This document shows, piece after piece, positions 11,566-22,284 of a DNA stretch of 64,000 nucleotides. The first letter of the stretch is position 1, and each line of letters starts with the position of its first letter. Origin of the DNA: Paracoccaceae bacterium (GTDB taxonomy: Bacteria; Pseudomonadota; Alphaproteobacteria; Rhodobacterales; Rhodobacteraceae); the NCBI GenBank assembly GCA_043727195.1, contig JAYSYZ010000136.1, positions 637 to 64,636 of the forward strand, in the 5' to 3' direction. The position numbers and the translations under genes are program-made. Under the pieces are notes generated by a model that saw nothing but the letters and a program-made list of their open reading frames with translations, searched no databases and had not been told where the DNA came from.

Positions 11566-12149
11566 GCAGGAACCCGGGCCCGCGCAGCATCGAGGAAGTT
11601 GCGCAACAGCTGGTGGCCATGTTCGGATGCGATGCTTTCAGGGTGGAACTGCACGCCCTCGATCATGTGGCGGCGATGCCGCAGCCCCATGATCGTGCCA
11701 TCCTCCAGCCAGGCGGTAACCTCAAGCTCGGCCGGCAGACTGGCGCGCTCCACCACCAGCGAATGGTATCGGGTGGCAACGAAAGGCGAGGGCAGGCCAC
11801 CGAACACGCCCTGGCCCTGATGGTGCATGCTGCCCATCTTGCCGTGCACGATTTCGTGGCAGCGGATGACCTTGCCGCCAAACGCCTCGCCGATGGTCTG
11901 GTGGCCAAGGCAGACCCCCAAGAGCGGGATGTCGGCGGCAGCGGCGGCCCGGGTCAGCGGCAGACAGATGCCCGCCGCCGCCGGATCGCAGGGGCCGGGC
12001 GACAGCACGATCACCTCGGGGCGCATGGCGATGACGTCCTGCACCTCCAGCGCATCGTTGCGCTTGACCACGACATCGGCCCCCAACTCGCCCAGATAAT
12101 GGACGAGGTTGTAGGTAAAGCTGTCATAGTTGTCGATCAGTAGCAGCAT
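11562..12149 (-). CDS. trpG: Anthranilate synthase component II / aminodeoxychorismate synthase glutamine amidotransferase
   Basis: 195 aa class-I GATase ([31 protein letters not shown]). Overlaps the trpD start. Confidence 0.9.
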   Translation of the reverse strand: MLLLIDNYDSFTYNLVHYLGELGADVVVKRNDALEVQDVIAMRPEVIVLSPGPCDPAAAGICLPLTRAAAAADIPLLGVCLGHQTIGEAFGGKVIRCHEIVHGKMGSMHHQGQGVFGGLPSPFVATRYHSLVVERASLPAELEVTAWLEDGTIMGLRHRRHMIEGVQFHPESIASEHGHQLLRNFLDAARARVPA

Positions 12150-12513
12150 GGCGCGTCAACCGGTTGGATGGGGCTTCCCGCGTTATCGCCGATAGGCCGG
12201 GCGGTGTAAACTGCGGGGCTGTCGGGGGGGGTGGTCGCGCGGTTGGAATCTGCGCGGTGAGGCAATTGCGGTCGTTTCACTTACTTGTCTTGCCCGGAAT
12301 CAAGGGCGAAACCCGCCGGACAGCACCTGCTTGCCCCCTGCGGGTAGGCGCTTTTGCAGCGTCACCAGCAGAACTTCTGTGGCATGGGCTGAACCATAAA
12401 CCGCCGAGAACTGCCATCCCAGCACCCACCCGGCGGGCAGGCGCTGACCTGTGTTGCAATTGATGAATGCCTGCTTCGCCTCGCAAAACGGACCTTCAAA
12501 CCGACCCGCGCCC

Positions 12514-14001
12514 TCAGCCCCGGGCGTACCGGTCCTCAAAGCGGGTGATGTCATCTTCGCCAAGGTAGGTGCCGGTCTGCACCTCGATCAGCACCATCGG
12601 CACCCGGCCGGGGTTTTCCAGCCGGTGCTTTGCCCCAAGCGGCACGTAGATCGACTGGTTTTCGGTCACCAGGCTGACCGCGCCGGCCACTGTGGCCTTG
12701 GCGGTGCCTTGCACGACGATCCAGTGTTCCGCCCGGTGCAGATGCGATTGCAACGACAGCGCCGCACCGGGATGCACATGAATGCGCTTGACCTGAAACC
12801 GGTCGCCCGCGCCAATCGTTTCGTACCAGCCCCAGGGCCGGTGATCACGGTCAAAGGCGGTGGCCTGTCGCGCGCCTTTGGCCCGCAAAACCTCGACCGC
12901 CAGCCTGACCGACTGGGCCGACCCAAGATCCGCCACCATCACCGCGTCCCGCATGGCCACCGCGACCACGTTCTTCAACCCGATCCCGATCAGTTCCACC
13001 CCGTCATGGTCCGACCGCAAAAGCGTGTCTTCGCACCCCATCGCCGTCGCCCGCCCCTGCACGGCCGTGCCTGTGTCATCACGCGCAGCTTCTGCCCAGA
13101 CCGCGGCCCAGGATCCAAGGTCCGTCCAGCGCCCCTCAAAGCGCACGACCGACAGGTTCGCGGCCCGTTCCATGATCGCATGATCGATGGAGATGTTTGA
13201 GACCCCGGCCCAAGGCCCCGCCGCAAGCCGCACAAAGCCAAGGTCCGATTGCGCCGCCGCCAGCGCCGCCTCGGCGGCCACCAACACATCGGGCACATGC
13301 GCGCGCGCAGCCGCGATCAGCACATCGGCGCGCATCAGGAACATCCCTGCATTCCACAAACAGCGCGGATCGGCCAGCAATGCTTCGGCCACCGCGGCCG
13401 CAGGTTTTTCGATAAACCGGGTCAGCGCCTGCACCCCCGGATGGGTCACCGGGCCGCATTCCAGCCAGCCATATCCGGTTTCGGCATGGGTGGGGGCGAT
13501 GCCAAAGGTGACAATCCGGCCCGCACGTGCGGCCACTGCCCCCCGGTCTACCGCCGCGCGGAACGCCGCTGCATCGGCCACCATCTGATCCGACGGCACC
13601 AGCAGCATCAGCGCCTGGGGTTCCGCCAGCGCCAGCATCAGTGCTGCGGCGACGGCGGCGGGGGCAGTATTCCGCGCTTCCGGCTCGATCAGCAGCGCCT
13701 GTGCGGAAACACCCACCCCGTCCAGCTGTTCGCCGACGATGAAGCGGAAGTCTTCGCCCGTCACCACCACCGGGGCGGCAAAGCCCGCCGCATGGAACCG
13801 CCGCGCCGCCGCCTGAAACAGGCTTTCATCACCGATCATCGGCACGAACTGTTTGGGAAACCGCGCCCGCGACACCGGCCAGAGCCGGGTTCCCGATCCG
13901 CCGGCCAAAAGCACGGGGGTGATCAATCCTGCCCCGACCCGGCCCCCCGCAATGCCCACGCGGTCGTCATAACTGCTGCCGTCCACGCTGCCCTCACCCA
14001 T
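12514..14001 (-). CDS. manC: Mannose-1-phosphate guanylyltransferase / mannose-6-phosphate isomerase (bifunctional)
   Basis: 495 aa with an N-terminal NTP-transferase motif (LAGGSGTRLWPVSR) and a C-terminal cupin domain. The N-terminus is 25 aa longer than usual; alternative TTG start at 13926. Confidence 0.9.
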   Translation of the reverse strand: MGEGSVDGSSYDDRVGIAGGRVGAGLITPVLLAGGSGTRLWPVSRARFPKQFVPMIGDESLFQAAARRFHAAGFAAPVVVTGEDFRFIVGEQLDGVGVSAQALLIEPEARNTAPAAVAAALMLALAEPQALMLLVPSDQMVADAAAFRAAVDRGAVAARAGRIVTFGIAPTHAETGYGWLECGPVTHPGVQALTRFIEKPAAAVAEALLADPRCLWNAGMFLMRADVLIAAARAHVPDVLVAAEAALAAAQSDLGFVRLAAGPWAGVSNISIDHAIMERAANLSVVRFEGRWTDLGSWAAVWAEAARDDTGTAVQGRATAMGCEDTLLRSDHDGVELIGIGLKNVVAVAMRDAVMVADLGSAQSVRLAVEVLRAKGARQATAFDRDHRPWGWYETIGAGDRFQVKRIHVHPGAALSLQSHLHRAEHWIVVQGTAKATVAGAVSLVTENQSIYVPLGAKHRLENPGRVPMVLIEVQTGTYLGEDDITRFEDRYARG

Positions 14002-14325
14002 ATTCCCAAGGGTCAGGCTGGTGGGAAAGGGTTACCAACTGGTTAAGGAAAACGTAAGAAAGTAAGGTAATAGAAGGGCATAGAGGGTTGGCACCTTAAG
14101 GTCTTCGCCATCCCATGACCACGTTTGCCGGCGACGGGCCTGGCCCCGTCCCAGGGGTGCGACCGCCGCCACGCTATCTGTCGTAGGCCGGTCAGGCGCG
14201 GCCACTGCCGATGGTGATCACCGGGCCATTTCGCCGATGTGGCATGCGTGGGGGCGCCCGGCGATGCCGCCACAAATCTGCCACCACTGTAAAGATCGGG
14301 AAACCGCGCGTTGCGGGATCAGCCC

Positions 14326-15363
14326 TCAGCGCCAGTCCAGCACCACCTTGCCCGACAGCCCCGACCGCATCGCCGCAAAACCCGCTTCGAACTCCGCCAC
14401 CTTGAAGCGGTGGGTGATGACACGGCGCACATCCAGCCCGTTTTCCAGCATCGCGATCATCTTGTACCAGGTCTCGAATATCTCGCGCCCGTAGACACCC
14501 TTGATCGTGATCGCCTTGAACACGATCCGGCTCCAGTCGACCGGGGATTTGCCCGGCGGGATGCCCAGCATGGCGATGCGCCCGCCCATCACCATCGCCT
14601 CGACCATCTGATCCAGCGCCTGCTGGTTGCCGCTCATTTCCATGCCGACATCAAAGCCCTGCACCAGTTTCAGGCGGTGCATCACGTCGCGCAGATCTTC
14701 TTCGGCCACATTCACCGGCGTCACTTGGGCCACTTCGGCCGCCAGCGCCAGCCGCGCGGGGTTTACGTCGGTGATCACCACATGGCGCGCGCCGACATGC
14801 CGGGCCACTGCGGCAGCCATGATCCCGATGGGCCCGGCGCCGGTGATCAGCACATCCTCGCCGATCAGGTCAAACGACAGGGCGGTGTGCACGGCATTGC
14901 CCAGCGGGTCCAGGATCGCCCCGATCTCGTCATCGATCGCATCCGGCAGCGGCACCACGTTGAACGCGGGCAGCCGCAGGTATTGCGCGAAGGCCCCGGG
15001 TTCATTCACCCCGATGCCGCGCGTTTCTGGGTCAAGGTGAAACCGGCCTGACCGGCTTTGCCGGCTGGTCTTGCCGATCAGATGGCCTTCGCCGGAACAG
15101 CGCTGACCGATGCTCAACCCCTCGACATCGCGGCCCAGCTCCACGATCTCGCCGGCAAACTCGTGCCCGGTGATCAACGGCACCGGCACCGTGCGCTGTG
15201 CCCAGTCGTCCCAGTTCCAGATATGGATATCGGTGCCGCAGATGCCGGTCTTGTTGACGCGGATCAGCACGTCATCCGGGCCGATCTCCGGCACCGGGCG
15301 GTTTTCCATCCACAGGCCGGGTTCGGCGCGCGCCTTGACCAGCGCTTTCATCTCGTTGGTCAT
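14326..15363 (-). CDS. tdh: L-threonine 3-dehydrogenase
   Basis: 345 aa Zn-dependent MDR ([15 protein letters not shown]). ATGA overlap with the kbl stop. Confidence 0.95.
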   Translation of the reverse strand: MTNEMKALVKARAEPGLWMENRPVPEIGPDDVLIRVNKTGICGTDIHIWNWDDWAQRTVPVPLITGHEFAGEIVELGRDVEGLSIGQRCSGEGHLIGKTSRQSRSGRFHLDPETRGIGVNEPGAFAQYLRLPAFNVVPLPDAIDDEIGAILDPLGNAVHTALSFDLIGEDVLITGAGPIGIMAAAVARHVGARHVVITDVNPARLALAAEVAQVTPVNVAEEDLRDVMHRLKLVQGFDVGMEMSGNQQALDQMVEAMVMGGRIAMLGIPPGKSPVDWSRIVFKAITIKGVYGREIFETWYKMIAMLENGLDVRRVITHRFKVAEFEAGFAAMRSGLSGKVVLDWR

Positions 15364-16553
15364 GCCAGCACTCCGGTTGCCTTGCCCGCCGCGCGAAACG
15401 CGTCCAGCCCGAAATCGAGGTCATCCGTGGTCAGCGCCGCGCTCATCTGGGTGCGGATGCGCGCCTGCCCCTTGGGAACCACGGGGAAGAAGAATCCCGC
15501 CACATGCACCCCGCGCGTGGCAAGGTCCGCAGCCATCGCCTGCGCCAGCCCGGCCTCGCCCAGCATCACGGGAATGATCGGGTGCCCGCCGGGCAGCAGG
15601 GTAAAGCCAGCCTCCGTCAGCCCCGCGCGCCAGTAGGTCGCATTGGCCACAAGGCGGGCGCGCAGATCATCCGCCGCTTCGATGATCTCAAGTGCTGTCA
15701 GCGCCGCGCCGACCACCGCCGGCGGCAGCGCGTTGGAGAACAGGTAGGGCCGCGCCCGCTGGCGCAGCAGGTCGATCACCGGCTGCGGCCCCGCGACATA
15801 GCCGCCAAGCGCACCGCCAAGCGCCTTGCCAAGCGTGCCGGTCAGGATATCGGCGCTGACCCCGGCCTGCGCCGGGGTGCCGCGCCCCTGCGGCCCGATG
15901 AACCCCGTGGCGTGGCAGTCATCCACCATCAAGAGCGCGCCATACGCATCCGCCAACCCCCGGATGTCCGCAAGCCGCGCAAAATAGCCGTCCATCGAGA
16001 ACACGCCGTCGGTGGCAATCATCACATGTCGCGCACCCGCCGCCCGCGCGGCCTGCAGCTGCGCCTCCAGATCGCCCATGTCGGAATTCGCATAGCGATA
16101 GCGCTGCGCCTTGCACAACCGGATGCCGTCGATGATCGAGGCGTGGTTCAGGCTGTCCGAGATGACCGCATCTTCTGCACCCAGCAGCGGCTCGAACAGC
16201 CCGCCATTGGCATCGAAACAGGCGGCGAACAGGATCGCGTCGTCGTGGCCGAGATAGCCCGCCAGCCGCGTCTCCAGCGCCCGGTGAATATCCTGCGTCC
16301 CGCAGATGAAGCGCACGCTGGCCATCCCGAAACCATGTGCATCCATCGCGGCCTTCGCCGCCGCGATCAGGCGCGGATCATCGGCAAGGCCAAGGTAGTT
16401 GTTGGCGCACAGGTTCAGCTTCGGCCGCCCGGCCATCGCCACATGCGCGCCTTGCGGGCCGGTGATCAGCCGCTCATGCTTCATCAACCCGTCGGCGGCG
16501 ATCCCGGCCAGGGTGGCGCGCAGGTGATCCAGAAAGGCCAGCTGATCCGTCAT
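15360..16553 (-). CDS. kbl: Glycine C-acetyltransferase (2-amino-3-ketobutyrate CoA ligase)
   Basis: 397 aa PLP-dependent alpha-oxoamine synthase ([18 protein letters not shown]), operonic with tdh. Confidence 0.95.
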   Translation of the reverse strand: MTDQLAFLDHLRATLAGIAADGLMKHERLITGPQGAHVAMAGRPKLNLCANNYLGLADDPRLIAAAKAAMDAHGFGMASVRFICGTQDIHRALETRLAGYLGHDDAILFAACFDANGGLFEPLLGAEDAVISDSLNHASIIDGIRLCKAQRYRYANSDMGDLEAQLQAARAAGARHVMIATDGVFSMDGYFARLADIRGLADAYGALLMVDDCHATGFIGPQGRGTPAQAGVSADILTGTLGKALGGALGGYVAGPQPVIDLLRQRARPYLFSNALPPAVVGAALTALEIIEAADDLRARLVANATYWRAGLTEAGFTLLPGGHPIIPVMLGEAGLAQAMAADLATRGVHVAGFFFPVVPKGQARIRTQMSAALTTDDLDFGLDAFRAAGKATGVLA

Positions 16554-16622
16554 GACAGAACTCCTCCGTTTTCATGGACATGCTGCTCTCAGCCGGGGGT
16601 CGTCAAGCCCGCCGATCACGGG

Positions 16623-18029
16623 TCAGGTGCCACAATAGGTGACATAGGGGCCAAATCCGGTCGGGGCGGGCAGCATGTAGGCCTCGCTCTCCACGAACGG
16701 TGCCTGTAGGGCGGCCAGCAGGGCATGGAACGGGGCCATGTCGCCAGCGGTCGCCGCGTCCAGTGCCGCCTCCACCTGATGGTTGCGCGGGATCACCGCC
16801 GGGTTTGCCGCAAGCAGCCGCGCCGCTACCCCCGCGCCCGCCCGCGCCCGCCAGCGCGGCAGCCAACCGGCCATCGCGCTGAAATCGTCGAACAGGGGCC
16901 GCAGCGCCGCCTCGTCGGCCAGCCGCCGGAATGTCAGCGTCCAGTCCGCGCCCTGCATCGCCAGCATCAGGTCATCGGCCAGCGCCGCATCCCCTGCGCC
17001 CTCGCCCTCCAGCCCCAGCTTGCGCCGCATCACCGCCAGCCAGGCGGTACGGTAGCGCCCGGCGATCCCCTCCAGCATCCCGTTGGCCAGATCGACGGCC
17101 CGGTCCGCCGCCGCATCGAACAACGGCAGCAAAGTCTCGGCCAGCCGCGCCAGATTCCAGCTCAGGATCAGCGGCTGGTTGGCATAGGCATAGCGCCCCG
17201 TCCGGTCGATGGAGGAAAACACCGTCCCCGGCGCGTAAGCTTCCATGAAAGCGCAGGGGCCATAGTCGATGGTCTCGCCAGAAATTGCCATGTTGTCGGT
17301 GTTCATCACCCCATGGATGAAGCCAAGCCCCATCCATTCGGCGATCAGCGCGGCCTGCCGTCCGATGACGGCGTCAAAGAACGCAAGATAGGGGTTCGCC
17401 GCGCCGGTCAGGTCGGGGTAATGCCGGGCAATCGCGTGATCGGCCAGCACCTTGACCGCCGCCGTCTCGCCCCGCGCGGCAAAGAACTGGAACGTGCCCA
17501 CCCGGATATGACTGGCGGCCACCCGCGCCAGCACGGCACCGGGCAGCCAGACCTCGCGCGCGACATCTTCGCCGGTCGCAACCACCGCCAGCGACCGGGT
17601 GGTGGGCACCGCCAAAGCATGCATCGCCTCGGAGATCAGATATTCCCGCAGCATCGGCCCGATGGCAGCCTTGCCATCACCGCCACGCGAAAACGCGGTG
17701 CGGCCCGAGCCTTTCAGTTGGATATCCCAGCGCCGCCCGTCCGGCCCCCGCACCTCGCCCAGAAGATGCGCCCGCCCGTCGCCCAGTTGTGGCGAAAAGC
17801 CGCCGAACTGGTGGCCCGCGTAGGCCAGCGCCACCGGTTCCGCCCCCGGTGGCAGGGCCGCGCCGGAAAACCACCGGGCGGCATCCGCCTCGGTCAGATC
17901 AAGGCCAAGTGCTGTGGCAAGCCCCCGGTTCAGCACCAGCAGACGCGGGGCAGGGGCGACATCCGGCGCCACCCGCAGAAAGCTGCCGGGCACATCGCGG
18001 ACATAGGTGTTTTCAAAGGCAGGCGTCAT
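16623..18029 (-). CDS. selO: Protein adenylyltransferase SelO (YdiU family)
   Basis: The ORF runs to 18164, but the conserved N-terminus (FENTYVRDVPG) follows the ATG at 18029. SelO motifs are present (GHQFGGFSPQLGDGRA, HGVMNTDN). Confidence 0.9.
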   Translation of the reverse strand: MTPAFENTYVRDVPGSFLRVAPDVAPAPRLLVLNRGLATALGLDLTEADAARWFSGAALPPGAEPVALAYAGHQFGGFSPQLGDGRAHLLGEVRGPDGRRWDIQLKGSGRTAFSRGGDGKAAIGPMLREYLISEAMHALAVPTTRSLAVVATGEDVAREVWLPGAVLARVAASHIRVGTFQFFAARGETAAVKVLADHAIARHYPDLTGAANPYLAFFDAVIGRQAALIAEWMGLGFIHGVMNTDNMAISGETIDYGPCAFMEAYAPGTVFSSIDRTGRYAYANQPLILSWNLARLAETLLPLFDAAADRAVDLANGMLEGIAGRYRTAWLAVMRRKLGLEGEGAGDAALADDLMLAMQGADWTLTFRRLADEAALRPLFDDFSAMAGWLPRWRARAGAGVAARLLAANPAVIPRNHQVEAALDAATAGDMAPFHALLAALQAPFVESEAYMLPAPTGFGPYVTYCGT

Positions 18030-18184
18030 CACAGGCTCCGCATTCCAGCCAGATATGCGCCGCGCCCCGTGCCTTCGCAAGCCGTCGGGGCAAAAGACAA
18101 AAGTCATTGAAGACTTTTGGCAAATCTTTTTGAAAAGATTTGCGCCGCCCTTCGGCAGCCGCATCGGATACTGATCTGGAAAAG

Positions 18185-18261
18185 TGGTCGGGGCGGAGGG
18201 ATTCGAACTCTCGACCTACGGTACCCAAAACCGTCGCGCTACCAGGCTGCGCTACGCCCCG
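18185..18261 (-). tRNA. tRNA-Pro (anticodon UGG)
   Basis: The reverse complement folds as a cloverleaf: acceptor CGGGGCG/CGCCCCG, anticodon arm ACGGT-TTTGGGT-ACCGT, T-loop TTCGAAT, encoded CCA. There is one A.C mismatch in the T stem. Confidence 0.88.
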
Positions 18262-18420
18262 ACGAGGGTTCCTTACAGGGGAATTCCGGGCTTGAAAAGC
18301 CTCGCTTTTCGCCCCTGTCGCGCCACGGCGTGACTTTGGCCGTCAAGGGATCAAAGCCCGCCGCTTTTGCACAACGAAAAGCAGAAAAAGGCGCAATTGC
18401 CAAACCGTCAGCCCGCCCCG

Positions 18421-18912
18421 TCACTCCCCACAGGGCCAGGCGGCCTTGTCTGCCGGCACCGCAGGATGGCGCAACTCCGCCCCTGGACCGATGCCCAGCT
18501 TGTCGGCCAGCCCGGCGTTGATCTCCAGCACGTAAACCACCTCCGGCCCGCCGTCGATCGGCGTCAGATCGCCGGGGACGGCGTTGGAATGGACGCGCGT
18601 GACCAGCCCCGATGCATCGGCAAAGATCATGTCCAGCGGGATCAGCGTGTTCTTCATCCAGAACTGCGCCCGGCGCGGCGATTCGTAGACGAACAGCATC
18701 CCTGCGGCAGGGTCCATCGTTTCGCGGAACATCAGGCCCTGCGACCGCTCGGCCGGATCGTCGGCCAGTTCGACCGCAAAGCTTTCGCGCCCGCTGTCCC
18801 AGCGCAGATCGGCCCGGCCGGGTGCGCAGGACGCCTCGGCCAGCGCCGTGGCCCCGCTCAGCAGCAGGAACACCCCCGCCGTCAGGCCGTGCCGCGCGCC
18901 GCTGCTTCCCAT
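18421..18912 (-). CDS. DUF192 domain-containing secreted protein
   Basis: Internal ATG at 18912 with an AGGTGG SD. Signal peptide MGSSGARHGLTAGVFLLLSGATALA. DUF192 core GLMFRETM...MLFVY...FWMKNTLIPLDMIF. Confidence 0.8.
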   Translation of the reverse strand: MGSSGARHGLTAGVFLLLSGATALAEASCAPGRADLRWDSGRESFAVELADDPAERSQGLMFRETMDPAAGMLFVYESPRRAQFWMKNTLIPLDMIFADASGLVTRVHSNAVPGDLTPIDGGPEVVYVLEINAGLADKLGIGPGAELRHPAVPADKAAWPCGE

Positions 18913-19415
18913 GATACCACCTGTACTGCCATGCGGCCCCGTTTGCCCTCCACGATGCGAAGTGCCACCGCCTCGCCCGCCGCAAGGTCGGCAAAGCCCG
19001 AGACGCGCAGCACTTCGACATGGATGAAGACATCCTCGCCGCGACCGAACACATTTGCAAAGCCGAAGCCCTTGCCCTTGTCGAACCATTTGACGCGTGC
19101 AGGTTCCAGCGGCAATGCCAAAATATCGGCACTGGCCATCTGGCCGGCTTCGTCCCCCAAGGGAAAGACCACGCCTTCGGGCGGGTCGATCTTCACCACT
19201 TCAACCGCTTGGACACCACGCAGCGTCTTTTGCACACGAACCGTAATCCCGGCCCCGTCGGCGACGGACCCCTGGCCAAAGTTCCGCAGAACGTTGGCAT
19301 GGAGCAAAATATCCGCATTGGTGTCGTCAGAAACTATGAAACCAAAACCCTTGGAAGGATCAAACCATTTCACGCGACCATGCACCAGCTGCATGACCTC
19401 ATCGTCTTCCGTCAT
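18882..19415 (-). CDS. Cold-shock-domain protein with two CSDs
   Basis: Two copies of the VKWFD.(S/G)KGFGF motif. ATG at 19415 is preceded by GGGGAGAAGG. The 3' end overlaps the DUF192 start by 31 nt. Confidence 0.85.
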   Translation of the reverse strand: MTEDDEVMQLVHGRVKWFDPSKGFGFIVSDDTNADILLHANVLRNFGQGSVADGAGITVRVQKTLRGVQAVEVVKIDPPEGVVFPLGDEAGQMASADILALPLEPARVKWFDKGKGFGFANVFGRGEDVFIHVEVLRVSGFADLAAGEAVALRIVEGKRGRMAVQVVSWEAAARGTA

Positions 19416-19532
19416 TGCAGAGCCTTCTCCCCAGAATGAGCCCCTTGGCCGTTCAAATGCGGTCAATCTTGCGCCGGGTTCAAGGGTTAATTCGCATCGA
19501 CCACGGGCAAGTGTGCAACACGCCGGCCAAAC

Positions 19533-20135
19533 TCAAGGATTCAACCGCTCGATCATCCAGTCAGCCATGGCCGACCCGCGCGACCAGCGAAACCGGTCAT
19601 GCAACCGGAATGCGCCATCGGCCCAGAATTCGATTTCAGTCGGGATGATCCGGATGCCGCCCCAGAAAGGCGGGCGGTCGGGATTCGGTCCTTTGGTGAC
19701 CGTCACTGCCGCAACCTTCGCCATCAGCGCCTCGCGCGACGACAGCGGTTGCGACTGGTCTGACGCCCAGGCACCCAGCCGCGATTTCAGACTGCGGCTG
19801 GCGTAATAGGCATCCGCCTGCGGCCCTTCCTCGCGCTCGGTGACACCGCGCACCCGGATCTGGCGGCGCAGCGATTTCCAGTGCAGCACGAAAGCCGCCT
19901 TGCCGGACGCCTCGATCTCGCGCCCCTTCCGGGAGCCGTAGTTGGTGTAGAAAACGAACGCCGCCGCCTCGATCTCTTTCAAGAGCACCATCCGGGCGTT
20001 GGGCATGCCGTCCGCATCAACCGTCGCCAGCGCAATGGCGTTGGGGTCGTTCGGTTCCACCGGCTCTGCCTCGGCAAGCCAGGCGCGGGCGATGACAAAG
20101 GGATCGCTGCCCGCGAATATTCCGCCTCGCTCCAT
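19533..20135 (-). CDS. pdxH: Pyridoxamine 5'-phosphate oxidase
   Basis: 200 aa, PdxH motifs ([33 protein letters not shown]). Confidence 0.93.
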   Translation of the reverse strand: MERGGIFAGSDPFVIARAWLAEAEPVEPNDPNAIALATVDADGMPNARMVLLKEIEAAAFVFYTNYGSRKGREIEASGKAAFVLHWKSLRRQIRVRGVTEREEGPQADAYYASRSLKSRLGAWASDQSQPLSSREALMAKVAAVTVTKGPNPDRPPFWGGIRIIPTEIEFWADGAFRLHDRFRWSRGSAMADWMIERLNP

Positions 20136-20234
20136 CCGGAAACTCCTTACTCCGGCGCAAGGTGCCGCCCTTGAAGCGTCAGCCCTCTTCGCCTACACGT
20201 CGATGTCAAGGCAAAGGTGGGCAAGGGGCGCGGA

Positions 20235-21065
20235 ATGTCAACCGGACTGATGCACGGCAAACGCGGGCTGATCATGGGCCTCGCGAATGACAAATCCATC
20301 GCCTGGGGCATCGCCCAGGCCGTTGCGGCACAGGGGGCGGAACTCGCCTTCTCCTATCAGGGCGAGGCGTTGAAAAAACGGGTGGAGCCGCTGGCGGCGT
20401 CCATCGGCATGACCCAGATGATCGAATGCGATGTGGCCAGCGAGGCCAGCCTTGACGCCTTGTTCGCCCATCTGAAAACCGTCTGGGGCAGCCTTGACTT
20501 CGTGGTCCATGCCATCGGCTTTTCCGACAAGAACGAATTGCGCGGCCGCTATGTCGATACCTCGCGCAGCAATTTCCTGATGTCGATGGACATTTCCGTC
20601 TACTCCTTCACCGCCGTCTGCCAGCGCGCCGCCGCGATGATGGGCCCCGGCGGCTCGCTCCTGACGCTCACCTACTACGGCGCCGAAAAGGTCATGCCGC
20701 ATTACAATGTCATGGGCCTGTGCAAGGCCGCGCTCGAGGCGTCGGTCAAATACATCGCCGAAGACCTCGGCAAGGACGGCATCCGCTGCAACGCCATTTC
20801 TGCCGGCCCGATCAAGACGCTGGCGGCATCGGGCATCGGCGATTTCCGCTACATCATGAAATGGAACGAGTTGAACTCGCCGCTGCGCCGCAATGTCACG
20901 CAGGAAGAGGTCGGCAAGGCGGCGCTGTACCTGCTTTCGGACCTCGGCTCCGGCACCACCGGGGAAAACCTGCATGTCGATGCGGGCTACCACGCCGTCG
21001 GCATGAAGGCGATCGACGCGCCCGACATCGACCTTCTGGCCGCCAAGAAAGAAGCGGCGCTGTGA
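20235..21065 (+). CDS. fabI: Enoyl-ACP reductase (NADH)
   Basis: The ORF starts at 20217; the likely ATG is at 20235. FabI motifs are present (GKRGLIMGLANDKSIAWGIA, YNVMGLCKAALE). Confidence 0.95.
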   Translation: MSTGLMHGKRGLIMGLANDKSIAWGIAQAVAAQGAELAFSYQGEALKKRVEPLAASIGMTQMIECDVASEASLDALFAHLKTVWGSLDFVVHAIGFSDKNELRGRYVDTSRSNFLMSMDISVYSFTAVCQRAAAMMGPGGSLLTLTYYGAEKVMPHYNVMGLCKAALEASVKYIAEDLGKDGIRCNAISAGPIKTLAASGIGDFRYIMKWNELNSPLRRNVTQEEVGKAALYLLSDLGSGTTGENLHVDAGYHAVGMKAIDAPDIDLLAAKKEAAL

Positions 21066-21673
21066 CGCCGGCCGCCTTTCTCGCCGTCGCGGGCCTCTTG
21101 ACCATGGGCGCGGTCAGCCCCGGCCCCGCGGTGATCATGTCGGCCCGCACCGGCGTCAGCGAAGGGTTGCGCACCGGCTTCTTCCTGTCGCTTGGCATCG
21201 GGGCAGGGGCGGTGTTCTGGGCGGTCCTGGCGCTCAGCGGGATGGCGGTGATCTTCCAGATCGCGCCGACGCTGCTGTGGGCGTTCAAGATCGCGGGCGG
21301 GCTGTACCTGGTCTGGATGGCCATCGGCATGTGGCGGCACGCGGCCGAACCCTTGCCCGATGTGACCGGCACGCCGCCGCGCTCGGCGTCGTCGGCGTTC
21401 CGGCTGGGCCTGTTCACCCAACTGTCGAACCCCAAGCCCGCCGTTTTGCTCAGCGCGATCTTCATCGGCACCGTGCCGCCCGGCACGCCGCTCTGGATGC
21501 TCGTGGCGCTGCTCAGCTATCTCTTCGCGGTCGAGACGGGCTGGAACACTTTCGTTGCCCGGATCTTTTCGCTCGACCGCACCCGCCGCGCCTATACCGG
21601 CCTGAAACCCCTGATCGACCGCGCATTCGGCGGTCTGCTCGGTCTGCTCGGCCTCAAGATCGCCGCCACCTGA
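21062..21673 (+). CDS. LysE/RhtB-family amino-acid exporter
   Basis: GTG at 21062 overlaps the fabI stop (GTGA). About 203 aa with 5-6 TM segments and a SPGPA-type N-terminal motif. Confidence 0.85.
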   Translation: MTPAAFLAVAGLLTMGAVSPGPAVIMSARTGVSEGLRTGFFLSLGIGAGAVFWAVLALSGMAVIFQIAPTLLWAFKIAGGLYLVWMAIGMWRHAAEPLPDVTGTPPRSASSAFRLGLFTQLSNPKPAVLLSAIFIGTVPPGTPLWMLVALLSYLFAVETGWNTFVARIFSLDRTRRAYTGLKPLIDRAFGGLLGLLGLKIAAT

Positions 21674-21685
21674 AGGAGCCTGCCG

Positions 21686-22192
21686 ATGTCCGCTGAACGC
21701 CTGCCGCATGAAAAGGGTTTTCACGTCAGCTGGGATCAGATCCATCGTGACGCCCGCGCCCTCGCCTGGCGGCTGGATGGCAAAGGGCCGGATGAGGGCG
21801 CATGGCGCGCCGTGGTCGGCATCACCCGGGGCGGTCTGGTGCCTGCGATGATCGTGTCGCGCGAACTCGACATCCGGGTCGTCGACACGATCAGCGTCCG
21901 CAGCTACAGCCACCAGTCGCAAACCTCGGCCAAGGTCATCAAGGCCCCGCAAGAGGCGTTGATGGGCGACGGCACCGGCATCCTGATCGTCGATGATCTG
22001 GTTGATACCGGCAAGACGCTGGAACTGGTGCGGAAACTCTACCCAAAGGCCCATTTCGCCACCGTCTATGCCAAGCCCTCGGGCAAACCGATGGTCGACA
22101 GCTATATCACCGAAGTCAGCCAGGACACCTGGATCTTCTTTCCGTGGGACATGGCGCTGCAATACGTGCAACCGATGCGGGGAACCGACTGA
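21686..22192 (+). CDS. gpt: Xanthine-guanine phosphoribosyltransferase
   Basis: 168 aa with the PRPP-binding motif [13 protein letters not shown] and a Gpt-type N-terminus. Confidence 0.93.
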   Translation: MSAERLPHEKGFHVSWDQIHRDARALAWRLDGKGPDEGAWRAVVGITRGGLVPAMIVSRELDIRVVDTISVRSYSHQSQTSAKVIKAPQEALMGDGTGILIVDDLVDTGKTLELVRKLYPKAHFATVYAKPSGKPMVDSYITEVSQDTWIFFPWDMALQYVQPMRGTD

Positions 22193-22284
22193 TCCGCCCT
22201 TGACGCTTTCATTTTGGTCCAAATATCCTCCGGGGGCGCGGGGGTGGAAAACCCCCGCTCCGGCGGCACCCGAAGGAAACGCCG

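Noticed and set aside
12300-12563. 87-aa ORF in the trpG-manC gap (…FEGPFCEAKQAFINCNTGQRLPAGWVLGWQF…)
   Set aside because: Its only start codons lie inside the 3' end of manC. Third-position GC looks lower than in neighbouring genes, and no family is recognised. I kept it as unannotated rather than calling a gene.
22238-22258. Hairpin GCGGGGGT-GGAAA-ACCCCCGC after gpt, as a terminator
   Set aside because: It has a good stem but no downstream T-run. It may still be a Rho-independent-like stop in this GC-rich organism, but I cannot support the call.
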